Source of the DNA: the human T2T-CHM13v2.0 reference genome, Homo sapiens | NCBI RefSeq assembly: GCF_009914755.1 | Contig: NC_060926.1 | Length of the DNA: 64,000 nucleotides | Strand: one strand, 5' to 3' | Part shown: positions 44,290-62,439 of the stretch, piece by piece | Numbering within the stretch: the first letter of the stretch is position 1 | Layout of the letters: each line of letters starts with the position of its first letter | The notes under the pieces: generated by a model | Told to the model about the DNA's origin: nothing | The model's input: only the letters and a program-made list of their open reading frames with translations | Database searches by the model: none | Translations under genes and position numbers: made by a program

Positions 44290-45810
44290 ATTATTTCTAT
44301 TTAAATTATAGATACTGTATATGTTCATTGTGAAGGATATAGAAAACACACAAAGGTACAAAGAGAAAATGTGAAAAAAGTCAAATAATTTTACCAACAG
44401 AAAACCAATGTTAACATTAATGAAATTCCTTTCTATTTTTAAATCTCTGTGTATATATGTGTGTACACATGCATATTTTGTAGTCTAATTTCTGCTAAAT
44501 TGGTGTGTGAATACATACACCGCACAGACATACACACTTAATATTGTATTGTGAGCATTTTCTTAGGTCTATAAACTTTTAAAAAATAATTGTATTATAG
44601 GGAATATACCATCTTTTTGTTCAACCATTTTCTTAATATAAATAACAATTTAATACATATAATCTCTGTTAAAGTTTTTGATTATTTGTCAAGGATAGAT
44701 TTTTTTTAAGGATATCAATATCTTGGAACATAGAAACTTTTTAAACCTTTAGTGCAGCATTACAACATTTATTAGCAAAAAGTTGTGCCAGTTTGCAAAC
44801 TCGTGAAGATTTCAAGGCACCCGTTTACTATACCATCACTAACAATGAGTAGTATTTTTTTCAATCTTTGCTTTAAAATTGTATGCTAATATAGGTAAAA
44901 GATGATACCTTTCTTTTTAATTTGCCTTAGAAATCATTATTGAGATAAAACATTTGGCCATTTGCATTTCTACTTTTGTGACTTATGATTCACATCATGA
45001 TTCTATTAGAGTTTTAATTTTTTATCTTACTCATTTTAAAGAAATCTGTATGTATTGAGGACATTAAACTTATGTCATATTTGTTACAAATGTACTGTTT
45101 ATTACTTGGCTTCTAAGGTTGTTATAAGATTTTGACATTCAAAAGTTTTAAAAATTTTTTAGTGAAATTACCTTTGTTACTTCATCCATTTCTACTATGA
45201 TTAGAAACTGCTTAGATCTGATAAATATCATCTGCCTTTCTTCTATATGTAAGTGGTTGTGTTGTTTATATTGAAATCCATATCTTTCTGGAGTTCATTC
45301 TTGATGTAGGGTGTGAGATAAGATCTAGTTTAATTTTTCCTATTAGTAAGAAATTGCTGTTAATAATATTTCCCTTTCATGTTTATTGAAATGTCAGTTT
45401 AAACTTATTTAATTTAGACATATATTAGTTGCTGTTTCTTAATTTTTATTCTTTCTGTCCATCTATGTTTATAGTAGAACAACTCCAATTGTAACATTTT
45501 AGTATTTTTTATTATACTAATAGATGGTACTAAAAATTGTTTTAAAATTGTATTAGCCTTTCTTGGATGTTAATTCTTTCAGATGAACTTTAAAAAATAC
45601 TTTATTAATTCTTTGTCTCCCCCTTATAAAACAAAACAAAATGAAACAAAAATTAAAGCAAAGCAAGAAAACAAACCAAATCCCCTGGGGCTTATTTAAT
45701 ATAGTTGCACCAATCATATAAATTGTTTGGAGGAATTAATTGACATTGTGATAATACTCAGTCTTCATTTCCAAGATGATGACATCAATCTCTGTTTACT
45801 CAAGTCTTCC
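44290..45810 (-). mobile_element. Highly degenerate L1ME-like 3' region
   Basis: AT-rich sequence with residual antisense L1 motifs (TTGGCCATTTGCATTTC, TCTTTCAGATGAACTTTA). Confidence 0.5.
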
Positions 45811-48739
45811 TTCATCTTTCAGCAATGTTTTAACTCTACAGGCAAAAGGAGAGGTTTGGGTGAGCAGAGGTGGCAGATGACTTCATGCAGAGGCCTGCAG
45901 GTTACTCTCAGGACCTCTCCCACAGTCTAGCCCTCAGCCTTGAAATGATAGGCACTTGGTTTTGTTAATATGCCAAGAATGGGTCTGTCACTCAGGAAGA
46001 AATTTAAATAAAACATTCTCAGAAATGTGATGGATAAAATCAGAATGTCAGTAGATTGATTTACAAAGATAAATAAATGTAGAGGAAATAGGCCCCTCAT
46101 GCATTGTAACCAGAACATTGCCTCCCTGTTGGTTCCCATTCAGGGGAAGAAACACAGGAGCAGAAGATGGCTTTGTGAGCCTGGAGTCAGAACAAATGAT
46201 TTGAATTATGTAATTTAATTACTGAACAAAATCAGGTTACACCAGTCTAAGTCCATCCTTTCTATATATGTACACCTGCAAGGTGGTAAGGAAAGCAGTT
46301 TTTTTTTGTTGTTGTTGTCTTTGTTTTTCTATATGGACTATCTTTCTGTGTTTTGTTTTCCTTTACACATTTGGGAAATATCATCTTAATAAATACTATG
46401 CTTTAACATTTTTTAATTTAAAAATATACTTAAGCTTCCCTCCTTTCTGCCACCTCCATTAAAATTATAGTAAAAAACAAAACAGGCATAGAGCCAGAAG
46501 AGCAAAGAAAGCAGCAAAGAGGTCCATCCACTTATGAGAGAACTGAATAAATAGCCAGAAGACGGAAAACAAGGGAAATAAATGATGACAAAGTAGAGAA
46601 AGAGACAGACCAACTACACGAAGAAGTTTGCTTCCAAGGTAAGCATCTTTCTGCCTGGCAGAATTCCAAGAAAGCACCATGTTTTGAGACTTGGGAGGTA
46701 AAGAGAAGTGAGGTGTGTTGACAACAGTGGGTTTGATGGCCAATCTATAGGATTTTAAAATTGGCATCCTTCATTCACAACTGGTGTTCAGAGTGAAGGC
46801 AAAACTTCCATTTCCCTAGGAAATCCTTCTCCAGTGACCAGAGGAATGACCAGCTCCCCACCTTCTCACTGTCCAGCAGTCCCTGCTAACCCACAGGTAT
46901 GTGCTGATGCCAGTTCACCTACTTCCTCACCTGTGAGCACAGGTCACAAAGAGGGAAGATGTTGAGGAAGATTTGAAGCCTGAAGGACAGAGGGGGACAG
47001 CACATTAGGAATTCTAGTGAGTTAGTTTAAATTCCTCACTTTCTCAGAGTGAAGTTAACAAACAATACCAAATATTTGAAAAAAAGCAAGCAGTAAAAGT
47101 GTAAGCATTATAATTCAAAATACATAAGTTGAAAACAAGGAAAACAACATAAATGATGAAAAATAATTGCTCCTTCTCCTTGATATTGAGATCAGAGAGT
47201 GACAATAGGGTGATAAGACATTGCTTTAAAAAAATTCCTTATGTACTTCTTGATTTAAAAAAATGTAAGTATTATTTGGGATTAAAAACAAAGGAAAACA
47301 TTTAACATGCAGAATGAATTTATAAACAAAAGAAACTATGTTAAACCATTTTCATTTATATTGTTTTATGTTTTCAATTTTAAAAATGAACCACCTTTTG
47401 TATAAGGAGCACCCAACAAAATATCTGGCACTTAGTAGTTGCTCAGAAAGTACTTGTTGAATAAATAAACTTATTTGCATTTTTAAACTTTTTTCCTTCA
47501 TTCGCCTCATTCTTAGTTTTCATTTAAATAATTTAGAATTCTAGATTTACATTATTATTGTTATTATTATTCTGTTACACATACATCTTATAACTCATAT
47601 TAGTGACCGTAGCCCATCCTTTTAAAACCACAATAAAAAACACAACTTCCTTATTCTTGAGTGTTTAATTTCAAATAACCTTTTTACCGGCTGGTCTACA
47701 TCTTTCAGTAATTTTCTCAGAAAGAATATTTGGGAATTAGACTTTTTAAGCCCTTAATATCTGAAAATAACAATCTGTGGACTTCCCACACAAGTGATGA
47801 TTTGAATGAATATAGAAATCTCTAGTTAACTGCTTTTGATCTAAAATTCTACATTGTCCTTTTTTTGTTGTTTCTTCTTCCATGTTGTGAAAGGGTAGTC
47901 TGATGAATTTGGCCAGAATTTGGTCCCTTTATGGTTTATCTGTTGATCCTTGGCTACCTGTAGAATCCTTTCCTGGATCTGAAATTTAAAACTTTTCAGG
48001 AAGTCTATTTTCATTAGATTTTCTAATTTTTTTGTGAACACTTTTTGATTTGTCGAAGTGAGGTAGAACAAAACCGAATATCACCAGCTGTTCATCTTCT
48101 TAACTTGGAAGTTCCTTCTTTTTTTACTCTAGAGAGAGAGTGTATTTTTGAGTAAGTAAAAGTAGTTTTCGAATGCATTTGGGGTAAAGCATCATCAAAT
48201 GAAGGATATAAACTCCATAGATACATCACTATGACTTACTAACAGGACAACTTTTCCTTTAGTTAACTATCCGTGGGAGAAACCAATATGTGAAGAATAG
48301 CTATAATTTCTTGTTCCATGGAGTTTTTTCAAGTTACCCCAAAGAATTTGATAACATGTCATCAAGTGAAAGATATAAAGAACTCATGTGTAGTTTCACA
48401 GGACTGTGCTTAGGATACTCTATTTTTAGTTTGAGTACCCCTAGTGTTCTTGGTACTTTTCAGTTATCTTGCTGCCTCTCACTGAGTCAAAGATAAATTC
48501 AACAAAGGCAGAGACAATACCCACTGATTGTCTGCATCCCACATAGTGGGATACATAGAAAGTGCTCAGTTAGCTTTGATTGACAGATGTGCTAATCATC
48601 CACTTGGTTGGTAGTCTTACAGCTGTCCCTGCTTGAACCCAAGCTATATTTACCTCTAATTCAGACATGTTTTGATTGTTATGTGGGTAGATATGATAAG
48701 CCTTGCAGGCCTTTTTACATGAAGTACCTAGGGCTTTTC

Positions 48740-48860
48740 TGCTCAGGGTGTGGTTTGGGAACCAGGAGTATTAAGGGTATCTGAGAACCTGTTAATGATG
48801 TAGAATCTCAATTCCCCTCATGTTTACTGGTTTACATACATACATTTTGAGAAACACTGC
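48740..48860. mobile_element. MER5A-like DNA transposon relic
   Basis: TCAGGGTGTGGT...GAACCTGTTAATGATGTAGAATCTCA...TTTGAGAAACACTG. Confidence 0.5.
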
Positions 48861-49022
48861 ATTTGGAGATTCCTGCACTAGATACAACCCAAAGAAATAA
48901 CTGAGGGATATACAGGATATGGTCAGAGGGAACTCTGGACACCCTCTGGCTGTTCTCATGGGTTGAATATGATGAGCTTAATAAAACAACTAGCGGCTAT
49001 TAAAATCTGTGTGGGCTTTGAG

Positions 49023-49202
49023 TTAGCAGTCTCCTGCAGCTTTGGTGCATGCAGCTTTGGCAACTACAGGAGATAGCTGCGGAACTCTTGGCAGTGCTGC
49101 AGTGCCCTTAATGCTGGCATTGGTGGCCTTGATGGCATCTGCACTGGGTATCATCTGCATAGCTGCCACTGGGCTTGCAGCAAGAGGCTTCAACCCAGCA
49201 AG
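49023..49202 (-). other. Candidate exon in unique DNA (acceptor plus 59 open codons)
   Basis: Minus strand: CTGAC branch-like motif, TTTCCTCTCTCCTGCTCCAG| acceptor, then LAGLKPLAASPVAAMQMIPSADAIKATNASIKGTAALPRVPQLSPVVAKAACTKAAGDC*; no homolog recognised. Confidence 0.25.
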
Positions 49203-50719
49203 CTGGAGCAGGAGAGAGGAAATGTGCTGTCAGCCTCTTATTGCCAAGAGGGCTAGTTTTTGGAACACATCTCACTTCATACCAGATGAAATGGAGCCAT
49301 CAGATAGCTGGCCTGAACTTACAAAATTACTTTCACGGCATCCATTCTTTCCTTCTTCTCTTCTGTTACATTTAGGTTCTGCTTCTATGACTTCATGCTT
49401 TCTCAAGGATCACGTTATCATTTGTCTTTTTGATCTCCTATATCTTTAATGTCTCTTTTAATATGGACATCTTCTAATAAATCCTTAAATATGATCAACT
49501 ATTTCTCTCTTAAAAAAGTAGCACCTCTGATGCCACCTTCTGCACCAGCTATGCTATCTTTAACCATCTCTTTAAAGATAAACTTCTTAAAAAGTTGTTT
49601 ACAGTTATTGCTTTCATTTCTTTATCTTCCATTCATTTTATTGTCACAGATTTTTATGACAACTGTCACTGATTTTTTAAAGCTGTGAAATATAAATGCA
49701 GAACGATTACAGAAAATACCTGTGTATAGTTTAACAAATAGTTAAAAAGCAATGCAAGAGTAAACACCTCCCTTCTCGAGAAATAGAATATTACAACCAC
49801 TCCAGAAGCCTTCATGCATCTTCCAATGTTATCATCTCCTTCCTCTCTAGGTATAAACATTTTTATCTTTTGTAAATCCTTTCTTTATAGTTTTATCCTC
49901 TTCATATGTATGACTAAACAATATAATTTTTCCTGTTTTTCAGTTTTATAGAATATAATCACTCTGTGTGTATTCATTTCTATATCTATATCTCTCTATT
50001 CAAAATCTTCTTTTACTCAATGTTATGTTTATAAGATTTATCCATAATGTTGGGTGCAGCTGTAGTTCATTTTCATGGCTGTATGGTATTCTGTTGCATG
50101 AATACATTGCAATTTACTTATCCACTCTACTCTAAATAGACATTCGGGCTGTTTCCAATTTAGAGCTATTATGAATAATGTTTTTACTTACATGTTTATT
50201 CGAGTATCCTGGTACACGTATGTAAGCATTTCTGTAGGGTATATTCCTGGGAATAAAATTCCTGGGTTATAGGTCAGGTATCTTTAATTTACTAGATAAT
50301 GCCAAACCTCTTTCATTCCATCAACCATGTTTAGTGGGCTCCTTCTCTTGACATCCTCAACAATATTTGATAGTGCCAGACATTTTACCCTTTGCCTATT
50401 AAGTGTGATGTGCAATGGTATTGAGTGTGTCATGGCATTTTAATATAGTTTTAGTTTTTATTTTCCTGAGTATTAATGTGTTTGGCCACGTTTTCACATA
50501 TATATATATAGACTATTTAGAATTCATTCATGTAAGTTGCTATTAAACTCATTTACCTGTTTTAAAAAATGGATGGTCAATTTCTTATTAATTCATAGAT
50601 ATTTTTTATATATCTTGGATACTTGATTTTCTAGTTATTTTTTCTGCAAACACCTTTTGCCAATCTGAACTTGTCTTTTTATTATCTTTGTGATGACTTG
50701 ATAAATATGAGGTCCTAAC

Positions 50720-50721
<2 letters not shown>

Positions 50722-50765
<44 letters not shown>

Positions 50766-51076
50766 TTGTTTTGTTTTGTTTTGTTTTGTTTTGTTTTGAG
50801 AGAGGGTCCGGATCTGTTGCCTAGGCTAAAGTACAGTGGTGTAATCACAGTTCACTGCGGCCTCAACCTCCCGGGCTCAAGTGATTCTCCTGCCTCAGCC
50901 TCCTGAGTAGCTGGGTGGTGCATGCCACCAGGCCTGAATAATTTTGATTTTTATTTTGTAGAGACAGTATCTCACTATGTTGCCCAGACTGGTCTCTAAC
51001 CCCTAGGCTCAAGCAATTTTCCCACCTTGGCCTCCCAAAGTGCTGGGATTATAGGCATGAGCCACCATGCCTGGCT
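50722..51076 (-). mobile_element. AluJo-like with compound (TA)n(GTTTT)n tail
   Basis: J diagnostics (CACAGTTCACTGCGGCCTCAACCTCCCGGGCTCAAG); (TA)n ~50722-50762 and (GTTTT)n ~50763-50797. Confidence 0.9.
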
Positions 51077-53072
51077 GAGTTCTTAATTTTAATGGAGCTC
51101 AAATTTTAATGGACTTAAAAATATTAGTAATTTTCTTAATTTATAGCACTTTTTGTGTCTTATTTAATAAACTATGTTTTTAATCAGAACTTCTGAGGAA
51201 TTGTCTTGTATAATCTTTATAATTTATCTTTCACATTTAGGTCTTTAATTTACCTGGACCTGATGGTTGCGTATAAAGTGAGGAAACGGTCCAATTTTTT
51301 GTCTTTTTGTATGAATACTCAACAGTCTAAAAACTATTCATTGTAATATCTGTCATTTTTCCACTTGTCTGCAATGCCACCTCTGTCATCTATCACGTGT
51401 TCATTATAGGTAAATTTGTTTTTCTGTTCTTTATTCCATCTGTCTACCCACATTTTGTTACTATCGTTTAAAAATAAGCCTAACGTACAGTAAAGGGCGC
51501 TCTCCCAGCCTGTTTTTCTTCTTTGAGAATGTCTTGGCTATCTTTGGCCCATTTGCATTTCCATGTAAATTTTAGAATATGCTTTTCAAGTTTTGTACAA
51601 ATAACCATAGTAGGATATTGTATGGCATTGCATTAAATCTATAAATCAGTTTTAATATAATGGACATTTTTAGTGGTGTTTTAATCCATAAACATAATAT
51701 ACCTCTCCATTTATTTAATATAGCTCAATAAAGTTTATATCAAAATATACAATATTTGTTAAAGCATTGCACAGATATTTTTGAATTTGCTTCTAGATTT
51801 GATACTACTATGAATGCCATCATCTTCAAAATTTTATTTTCCAATAGTTTGCTCTGATATATTGAATACTAGTTGTTTCCACAAATTTATTTTGTATCTG
51901 GCAATGTTGTTAAACCCACATATCATTTTAAATAATTTATCTGTAGACTATTTTTGAACTTTATACATACACAATCATGCCATCTGTGTATAGATACAGT
52001 TTTCATTTTTCTTTTCAAATTCTTATAAACTCGATTTCTTTTTATCTTACTGCATTGGTTTAGATCTCTGATACCATGCCAAATTAAATGGTGACAGTGG
52101 AAATCCTTGTCTTATTTCTGGTGATGAAGGTAAAGATTTTAAATATGACATTTGATCAAATATTTTTGTATATACTTTTATTTGGATTAAAGAAATTCCT
52201 TCCAATACTGGTTTCTAAAGCGTTTTTTTTTTCAATAAATGTGTGTTGAATTTTAGTGATCCTTTTTTTTCTGAAATCACTGAGATTATTACTCTGATCT
52301 GTTAAGGAAGTGTATTGATTAATTTTCTAACATTAAAAATGAAAACTTACCTTTTAAACCTGAATTATTTTCATAGTGATGTGTTTGCTTTGTTAGCATT
52401 TTAAGATGTTTGCATGCATATAAATAAGTAAGAGATCTGTAACTTTTCTTATTATGCTGTCCTTGTTAGGCTTTTATTTCAAATCTATGCTGTTCCATAA
52501 ATGCACTGAGAGCTATTCCCTTATTTCCTGTGATTTTTAACTCCTCTTCTATACTTACTACATAACGTTTACATTATTGAAAATATGCTTAGTAGAATTC
52601 CTTGATAAAGTAATTAGGGCATTGTGATTTCTTTGTGGAAAATTTTAAAAATTACTGATTCATTCACTTTAAATGTCTATAGGGCTATTGAGATTTCCAA
52701 AGGTTTTTTGATTTTGTTTGATATGTTACTTTTTTTCCCTGGACTAGACACATTTGTTTTAATTTTTAAAAGATACTTGGAAGGAAGTTGATTTTGATAT
52801 CTTTTTATTATCCATTTCATGTCTCTAGCCTCTGTCGTGATATTCCCTTGTTGGTTCTTTGTATTGCTAATTGTGTTTTCTCTCTTAATTTTTTCAATAA
52901 CTCATACTAGAAGTTTACACAGTTTATTAGTCTTTCCAGAAAACTGTTAATCATCGCTTTGCAAGTTAGTTTTCTTCAGTCTTTTCTAGTCATTTTAAAA
53001 TTATTTTCATTTATAACTTTATTGCATTTATAACTTTTATTTGCTTTGTGTGTTGTACTTTATCTAATTTGA

Positions 53073-53480
53073 GATGGTTTCACAGATTAGGTTCTTCAAT
53101 GCAGACACTGAGGTGAAGTTGGTGGTGCAAGATGAGAGGAAGCTGGCTTACGGCACAGGGAGAAGCTGAACTTCGGTGCAACTCCCACAAACCTTAGCCA
53201 ACTTGGTGGGGAGCTTTGGTGCCAATATTTCCTGTTGAAGTAGTCCTGTCTTGGACTTCTCAGCATTGTACTAGGCCCTTAAGCACCCTCTTCAATCAGT
53301 TATTAGATACAAGACAGCTCAGGAAGACCGTGGCATTAGGACAGGCAGCTCTCTGCAGCTGAGGCAGCCCCGGTAGGAGCTGACAGCTGAAGATTGTCTG
53401 GAAACTGTACCACCTACCACCAGGCAGTGAGTCCTTCTCCGAAAAAGGATCTGGGTCAGATGGATGCTCATTAACTTTCA
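53073..53480. mobile_element. Old MLT1-family LTR
   Basis: GC-richer island inside the L1ME with GCAGACACTGAGG and GCAGCTCTCTGCAGCTGAGGCAG motifs; subfamily uncertain. Confidence 0.5.
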
Positions 53481-54079
53481 CGCACCTTTGTTTTCTCACA
53501 TACACATCAAGTCTGTGAATGTCCTTCTAATCTCTGCTTTATGTGTATTACACAGTTCTGCGATGTGTTTTTGTTAGTATTCAGTACAAACACATTTAAA
53601 AACATTTGTCATTATGATTTCTTTTTTGACACATAGATATAGTTAGATGTATTTTTCTTAACTTCTAAAATGTATAGTTTTTGCCAGCTATATTTTTGTC
53701 ATCAGTATTAGTTTAACTACAACATGCTTATAAATATAATCGGCATGATTTCATCATTTTAAACTTTATTGAGACTTGCTTTATGTCCCAATAGTCAATT
53801 TTGTAAATGATATTCTTCAAAAAAATGTGTATTCTGTAGTTGTTAGGTGTTCCTATTCGAGAGGCTGTAACCAGGGTCTCCAACCACCAGAAAGGAATGC
53901 TATCTGCTAGTGGCTACTGTGGATTATTTTTTCATTATCCTCCTTTAAAATGCAAATATCCTTTGGAGTGTTGAGTAATGAACGTCTTAAAATTGGGTAT
54001 GAGAATGAACTGAATTACCGAGGGAGTGGGATTTGTGGGAAAGGACACACACACTCACACACACTCACACACACACCAC

Positions 54080-54280
54080 TGTTTATTGCAGGCTTAGTAA
54101 CATGCAAGTTTATTGTGTTCACATACATTATTTCACTGAATCCCCACAATAATTCTGAGAGAAGGGTATTCTACCCATTTTATACATAGGAAGCTGAGGC
54201 TCAAAGAGTTTAAAGAGCTTGCTAATATTTGAACTCAGAGGTATCTGATACTGGATTCCATGCTCTTAATTGCTATGTGC
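54080..54280. mobile_element. MIR SINE
   Basis: AATCCCCACAATAATTCTGAGAG...CCCATTTTATACATAGGAAGCTGAGGCTCAAAGAGTTTAA core. Confidence 0.75.
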
Positions 54281-56089
54281 CTGTCTCCCCATAACTAGCC
54301 TCAGTTCCTTTAATACACTAATTTGGTCATCTGATTCACAATGCAGTTATCATTACATTTGTAAAGGTTTTCTCTGATTCTAATGGATATTGAAAAGATA
54401 AGTGATGGCAGAATCACTTATTCTTTAATTTTTAAGCATTATCAGTGAATCATTATGTAGACGGCTTAGGCTATGAGCTCAAGATTATGTTATGAGCTCA
54501 AGAAATGCAAAGGTAAAGAAAACACAGTCCAGTCCAGTAAGATTGGGAGACAGACATGTGTACACACAATGAGAAGTCATGAAGGGAAGGTGGGCTGGCT
54601 GTGGAATTAGTCACCTTGAAGTCTGTCTAAGGAGAGGGCTGGTATCAGGGTGTGGACATTTTACATTTCTATCACAGCATTGTAGTTGATCTTAGAGACT
54701 CCTACCGAAGTTTGGGGAGAAGAGAGGTAATACAGGGATTTATTTTAAATTTCTTCTTATAATTAGGTCAATTCTAGAATATGAGGAATGAATGACAGTT
54801 CAAACACAGTGTCTGAAAAAGGTAACCACATTTTGTAAAGATTCCTTAAATCAATAGGTTGAAATTCCAGTAATAGAGCTCCAAAATTTCAGGGGAGCCT
54901 ATCCTATGGGAAAGCAGAGCCCTGTTGCTGGAAATCCACTAAGCCATTTACAAGGAGTAAAGAAGGGCTTTCTGAAATGTTGACTTAGGGACACAGAGCT
55001 TAAACTCAGAGCACTTATTTTCTTCTCTGCTCTCCGGCTTTCTGTCTCTGGCTGCATCATTATTCTTTATTGACTATTTCATAAACTCACATTCCCTCAG
55101 CTTGGTTAAGGAAGGCAGTCTTTAATCTTGGCGGAGCAGATAAGGACAATTAAATCCTGGGCCTGCTTCCTGACACAGATGACGGGGCTGCCTTCCTGGA
55201 ACACCATCTTCATGTCATGGGTTCTGCTGTCACTTATTTTGTTCGGAATGTGTCAGGACAGCTAGCATGACCTCAGCATTCCCCTCAGGCTGGTGCTTCT
55301 TTAATGCTGAATAAAATGTTCTCCTGGACTCTTTCAGGGTGGATTTGAGACCCAGCCCTGTGGGCTGAAGGAGGATGGGTGCAGGTCTGTGAATCTCTTC
55401 TTAATCTTTCAGCTAGAAATAACTACTCCTTTCTGTGGTCCTTTTGCAATTTACTCATGGCTTCTTTTCTTTTCTTTTACTTCTTTTATTTTCTTTTATG
55501 ATTGTTCTTACAATAGCCTGCTTTGATCTCCACTACGTCTGGTTATTGGAGAATACATCAACTGTTTTGTTGACTCAGCAATACTTAATCAATTCTAATT
55601 TCAGCACTATTTCTTTTGAAAATTCCTCTCACCTACTTTTGCCAGTATAGTAAGGCTATCAGTTTCAGCAGTAGGTTTCTTTGATCTCCAGAACAGGTTT
55701 AGGATCCAGGTTTGGCCCATCATAGTACACCATTATTTTGGCTTCAGTGATTGGCTCCTCAGTGAAATCATGATCCTAAAGTTGACCAATCAGAGGTTTT
55801 TCCTGGGGATTTTTATATATGGATACTGGGGACAGATGGTATTTTTTTCCTCTTGTAGTGCAAGCTGAAAGAATGTGGTTACAAATCTAATTATGGTGAT
55901 GCCCTTTAACTTATGGATGGGCATAAGGGAGTGAGGCCAAAATGCAACTTTAAGCCAAGCGAGAGATAGAGAGATGGAGACTGCTAGTCGGGATGCTGTT
56001 TGAATCCCTGAATGCAGTCTTTCCTGAGACTAAATTATATTTAGTCTTTTAACCGTAACTGCTAAAAGTAATTTTTTACTTTTAAACTT

Positions 56090-56225
56090 AGAATATAAGT
56101 TCAAAGAGTGAAAGCAGAGATTTTTCTTTACATTTTCACTGCTATAATTCCAAATGCCTAGAACAGTGCCTGTCACATAGTAGGCAGTCAATTAATATTT
56201 GCTTAATGAATATTTGCAACTGAAT
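56090..56225 (+). mobile_element. L2 3' end
   Basis: TGCCTAGAACAGTGCCTGTCACATAGTAGGCAGTCAATTAATATTTG...AATGAAT. Confidence 0.75.
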
Positions 56226-56369
56226 GAAACAGGATAATCAGAGTATGCATGTCTTCCTAACTGTTTTAAGGGATTCTTGGGAAAAAAACCCAGGGAGCAA
56301 TTATCATAGAGTTGTTGGAATTAAAGCTAGTTTGTGGGACTGTCCTGAGAATTTATTGTTATTGAAATT

Positions 56370-57345
56370 TTTTTAAATTTTGAAGTGTAACACACAGAAA
56401 AGTGCATAAAGCACAAATAAGCAGTGTAATGGGATTATTTATAAAGTGGACCCATGACCACTAGGTAGTTCAAGAAATAGAAGGCTTCCAGCCTTCCAGA
56501 AGCTTCTCGTATTTCCCATCTGGAATATTTCCCTCTGTACCAGCCAGAGGTAAACAACATGCTGAATTTTATGGTAATCACTTCATTGCTTTGTTTTATA
56601 ATTGTAGCCCCACTATATGCATCACAGGACAATGCTATTTAGTTTTGAATTTGTGAACTTAATAAAAATAAATTTCACAATACATATATTATTTTGTGTC
56701 ATGTTTCTTTAACACTACATTTTTATTATTCGTCTAAGTTGGACATCGCATTACTTTATTTTCATTGCTCTGTTTTATAAATAAAACATATTCTGCTGCT
56801 ACAACAATTTTTCCCAGTTTTGGCTGTAAAAATCTATGCTGCCATGAAAGTTCTTAGACATGTATCCTAGTACCTATGTGTCCCCATTTTCTATGGCATA
56901 TTTACCTAGAAGCGAAATTGCTGAGTCATTGGGTATGCCTATTTTGAACTTTAGCTAATAATGTTTTATATTGTCCTTAATACGAGGCTTTCTCTGATTT
57001 TTATTATAGCCAATTCAATGGTTGTATAGTTTTATCTTGCTATAATTTTTATTTGCATTTTTCTGATTACCAAAGAAGCTGATCTTATTTTGTTTATTGG
57101 CCATTTGAATTTTTCTCTTGTATACAATAGCTAGTTATGTTTTTGGCCCACTGTTTATTGATTTGTCTTTTTCTTTTCAATTTTAGTTCTGTGTGTGTTC
57201 TGGATACAAGTCCTTTGAATGGTAATATGGCTAAAGATAGCTTCTCACATTCTGTGGCTTGTTTTCTTCTCTTTCTTTATAATATGGTTTAATAAATAGA
57301 AGTTCTTAATTCTATTGTTGTCAAGTACAACATAATTTTTTTCTA
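56370..57345 (-). mobile_element. L1ME-like 3' end
   Basis: ACACAGAAAAGTGCATAAAGCAC...TTTATTGGCCATTTG; degenerate antisense L1 3' region. Confidence 0.6.
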
Positions 57346-57891
57346 TGAATAATAACTTCTGTGACTTTTATGACTTAATTACCAAAGTTTCACACCATCA
57401 CTTTGCCATGTTCAATTTATTAGACAGAGTCACTAAATACAGCCCGCAATTAAGGGAAGAAGAATTAAGCTCCACATTTTCACGGGAGGAGTCCCCCAAA
57501 AATTTGCAGACATCTTTCAAAATCATCACACATGATAAAATCAGGTGAAGGTTTTTGAAGAGGCTGGGATATATTTAGAGCAAAGAAGGCTTAAATGAAA
57601 TAAAGAAATCATAGATGTTGGAGAGAGGTGAGATTAGAATACGTGTGTTTTGTCTTTCATAGGTATTTTCTTTTTGTGCCCCAGATCTTTGCAGAAGCTG
57701 TGCTTAGTAGTGATGGACGTTTAGTTGGTGTGTGCTAAGGACTTATTCACTGGCTGATTTGTTGTAATGGATAAATTCTCAACTCGTGACCAGATTTTTA
57801 TGATCGCTTTCCCAGTTAATCTGATTAGTTATCTGATTAGTTCAAAATACTGGTTGCCTTGCCCTAAATACTGAATTTAGGGTCAGATCTT

Positions 57892-61582
<3,691 letters not shown>

Positions 61583-61625
61583 TAACCAATTAATTTCAAA
61601 TTACTTTTGACTGTAGTCAGAATGA

Positions 61626-61989
<364 letters not shown>

Positions 61990-62439
61990 TACATCCTCCA
62001 ACTTTCTCTTCTATTTCTTCCTTTTGAAAACTAGCCATCTTATTTTCCTATTCCCATCCTATCTGTCATATTTAGAGAGATCTGTCAAATTTATCCTTGA
62101 TGCAGACTTATGCTTAATAGCTTAACAAAACATTACTACATCCATTTATTTTTTGCATTTTAGTAACATATTTTGGAGATAGAAAACTTTAATATAAAAT
62201 AATTACTTTCTTATTAGTACAGGAACGTAGTGTTCATTCATTCATATACGTGCTAATACCCCAATAGTTGGCACAAAGGCCATGAAAAGACATGAGCTAT
62301 TCTATCCACAAACAAGATTTCCCCATCTAACTATATCTAGCTCTGCCTGCTATACTTGTTTGCCCTTGAATTTATCCAGACCCGAAGCAGCAGCATATTG
62401 GCTTTGCACTTGTGTTTTTGTTCCTTCTGTGACTTTGCT

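Larger units (their letters stand above)
49670..53850 (-). mobile_element. Old L1ME-like element interrupted by an Alu and an LTR
   Basis: L1ME-type 3'UTR (ATTACAACCACTCCAGAAGCC) followed by degenerate antisense ORF2. Confidence 0.7.

Noticed and set aside
57820-57842. Short ATCTGATTAGTT doublet and other 6-16 bp duplications inside L1s
   Set aside because: Routine slippage events with no further structure.
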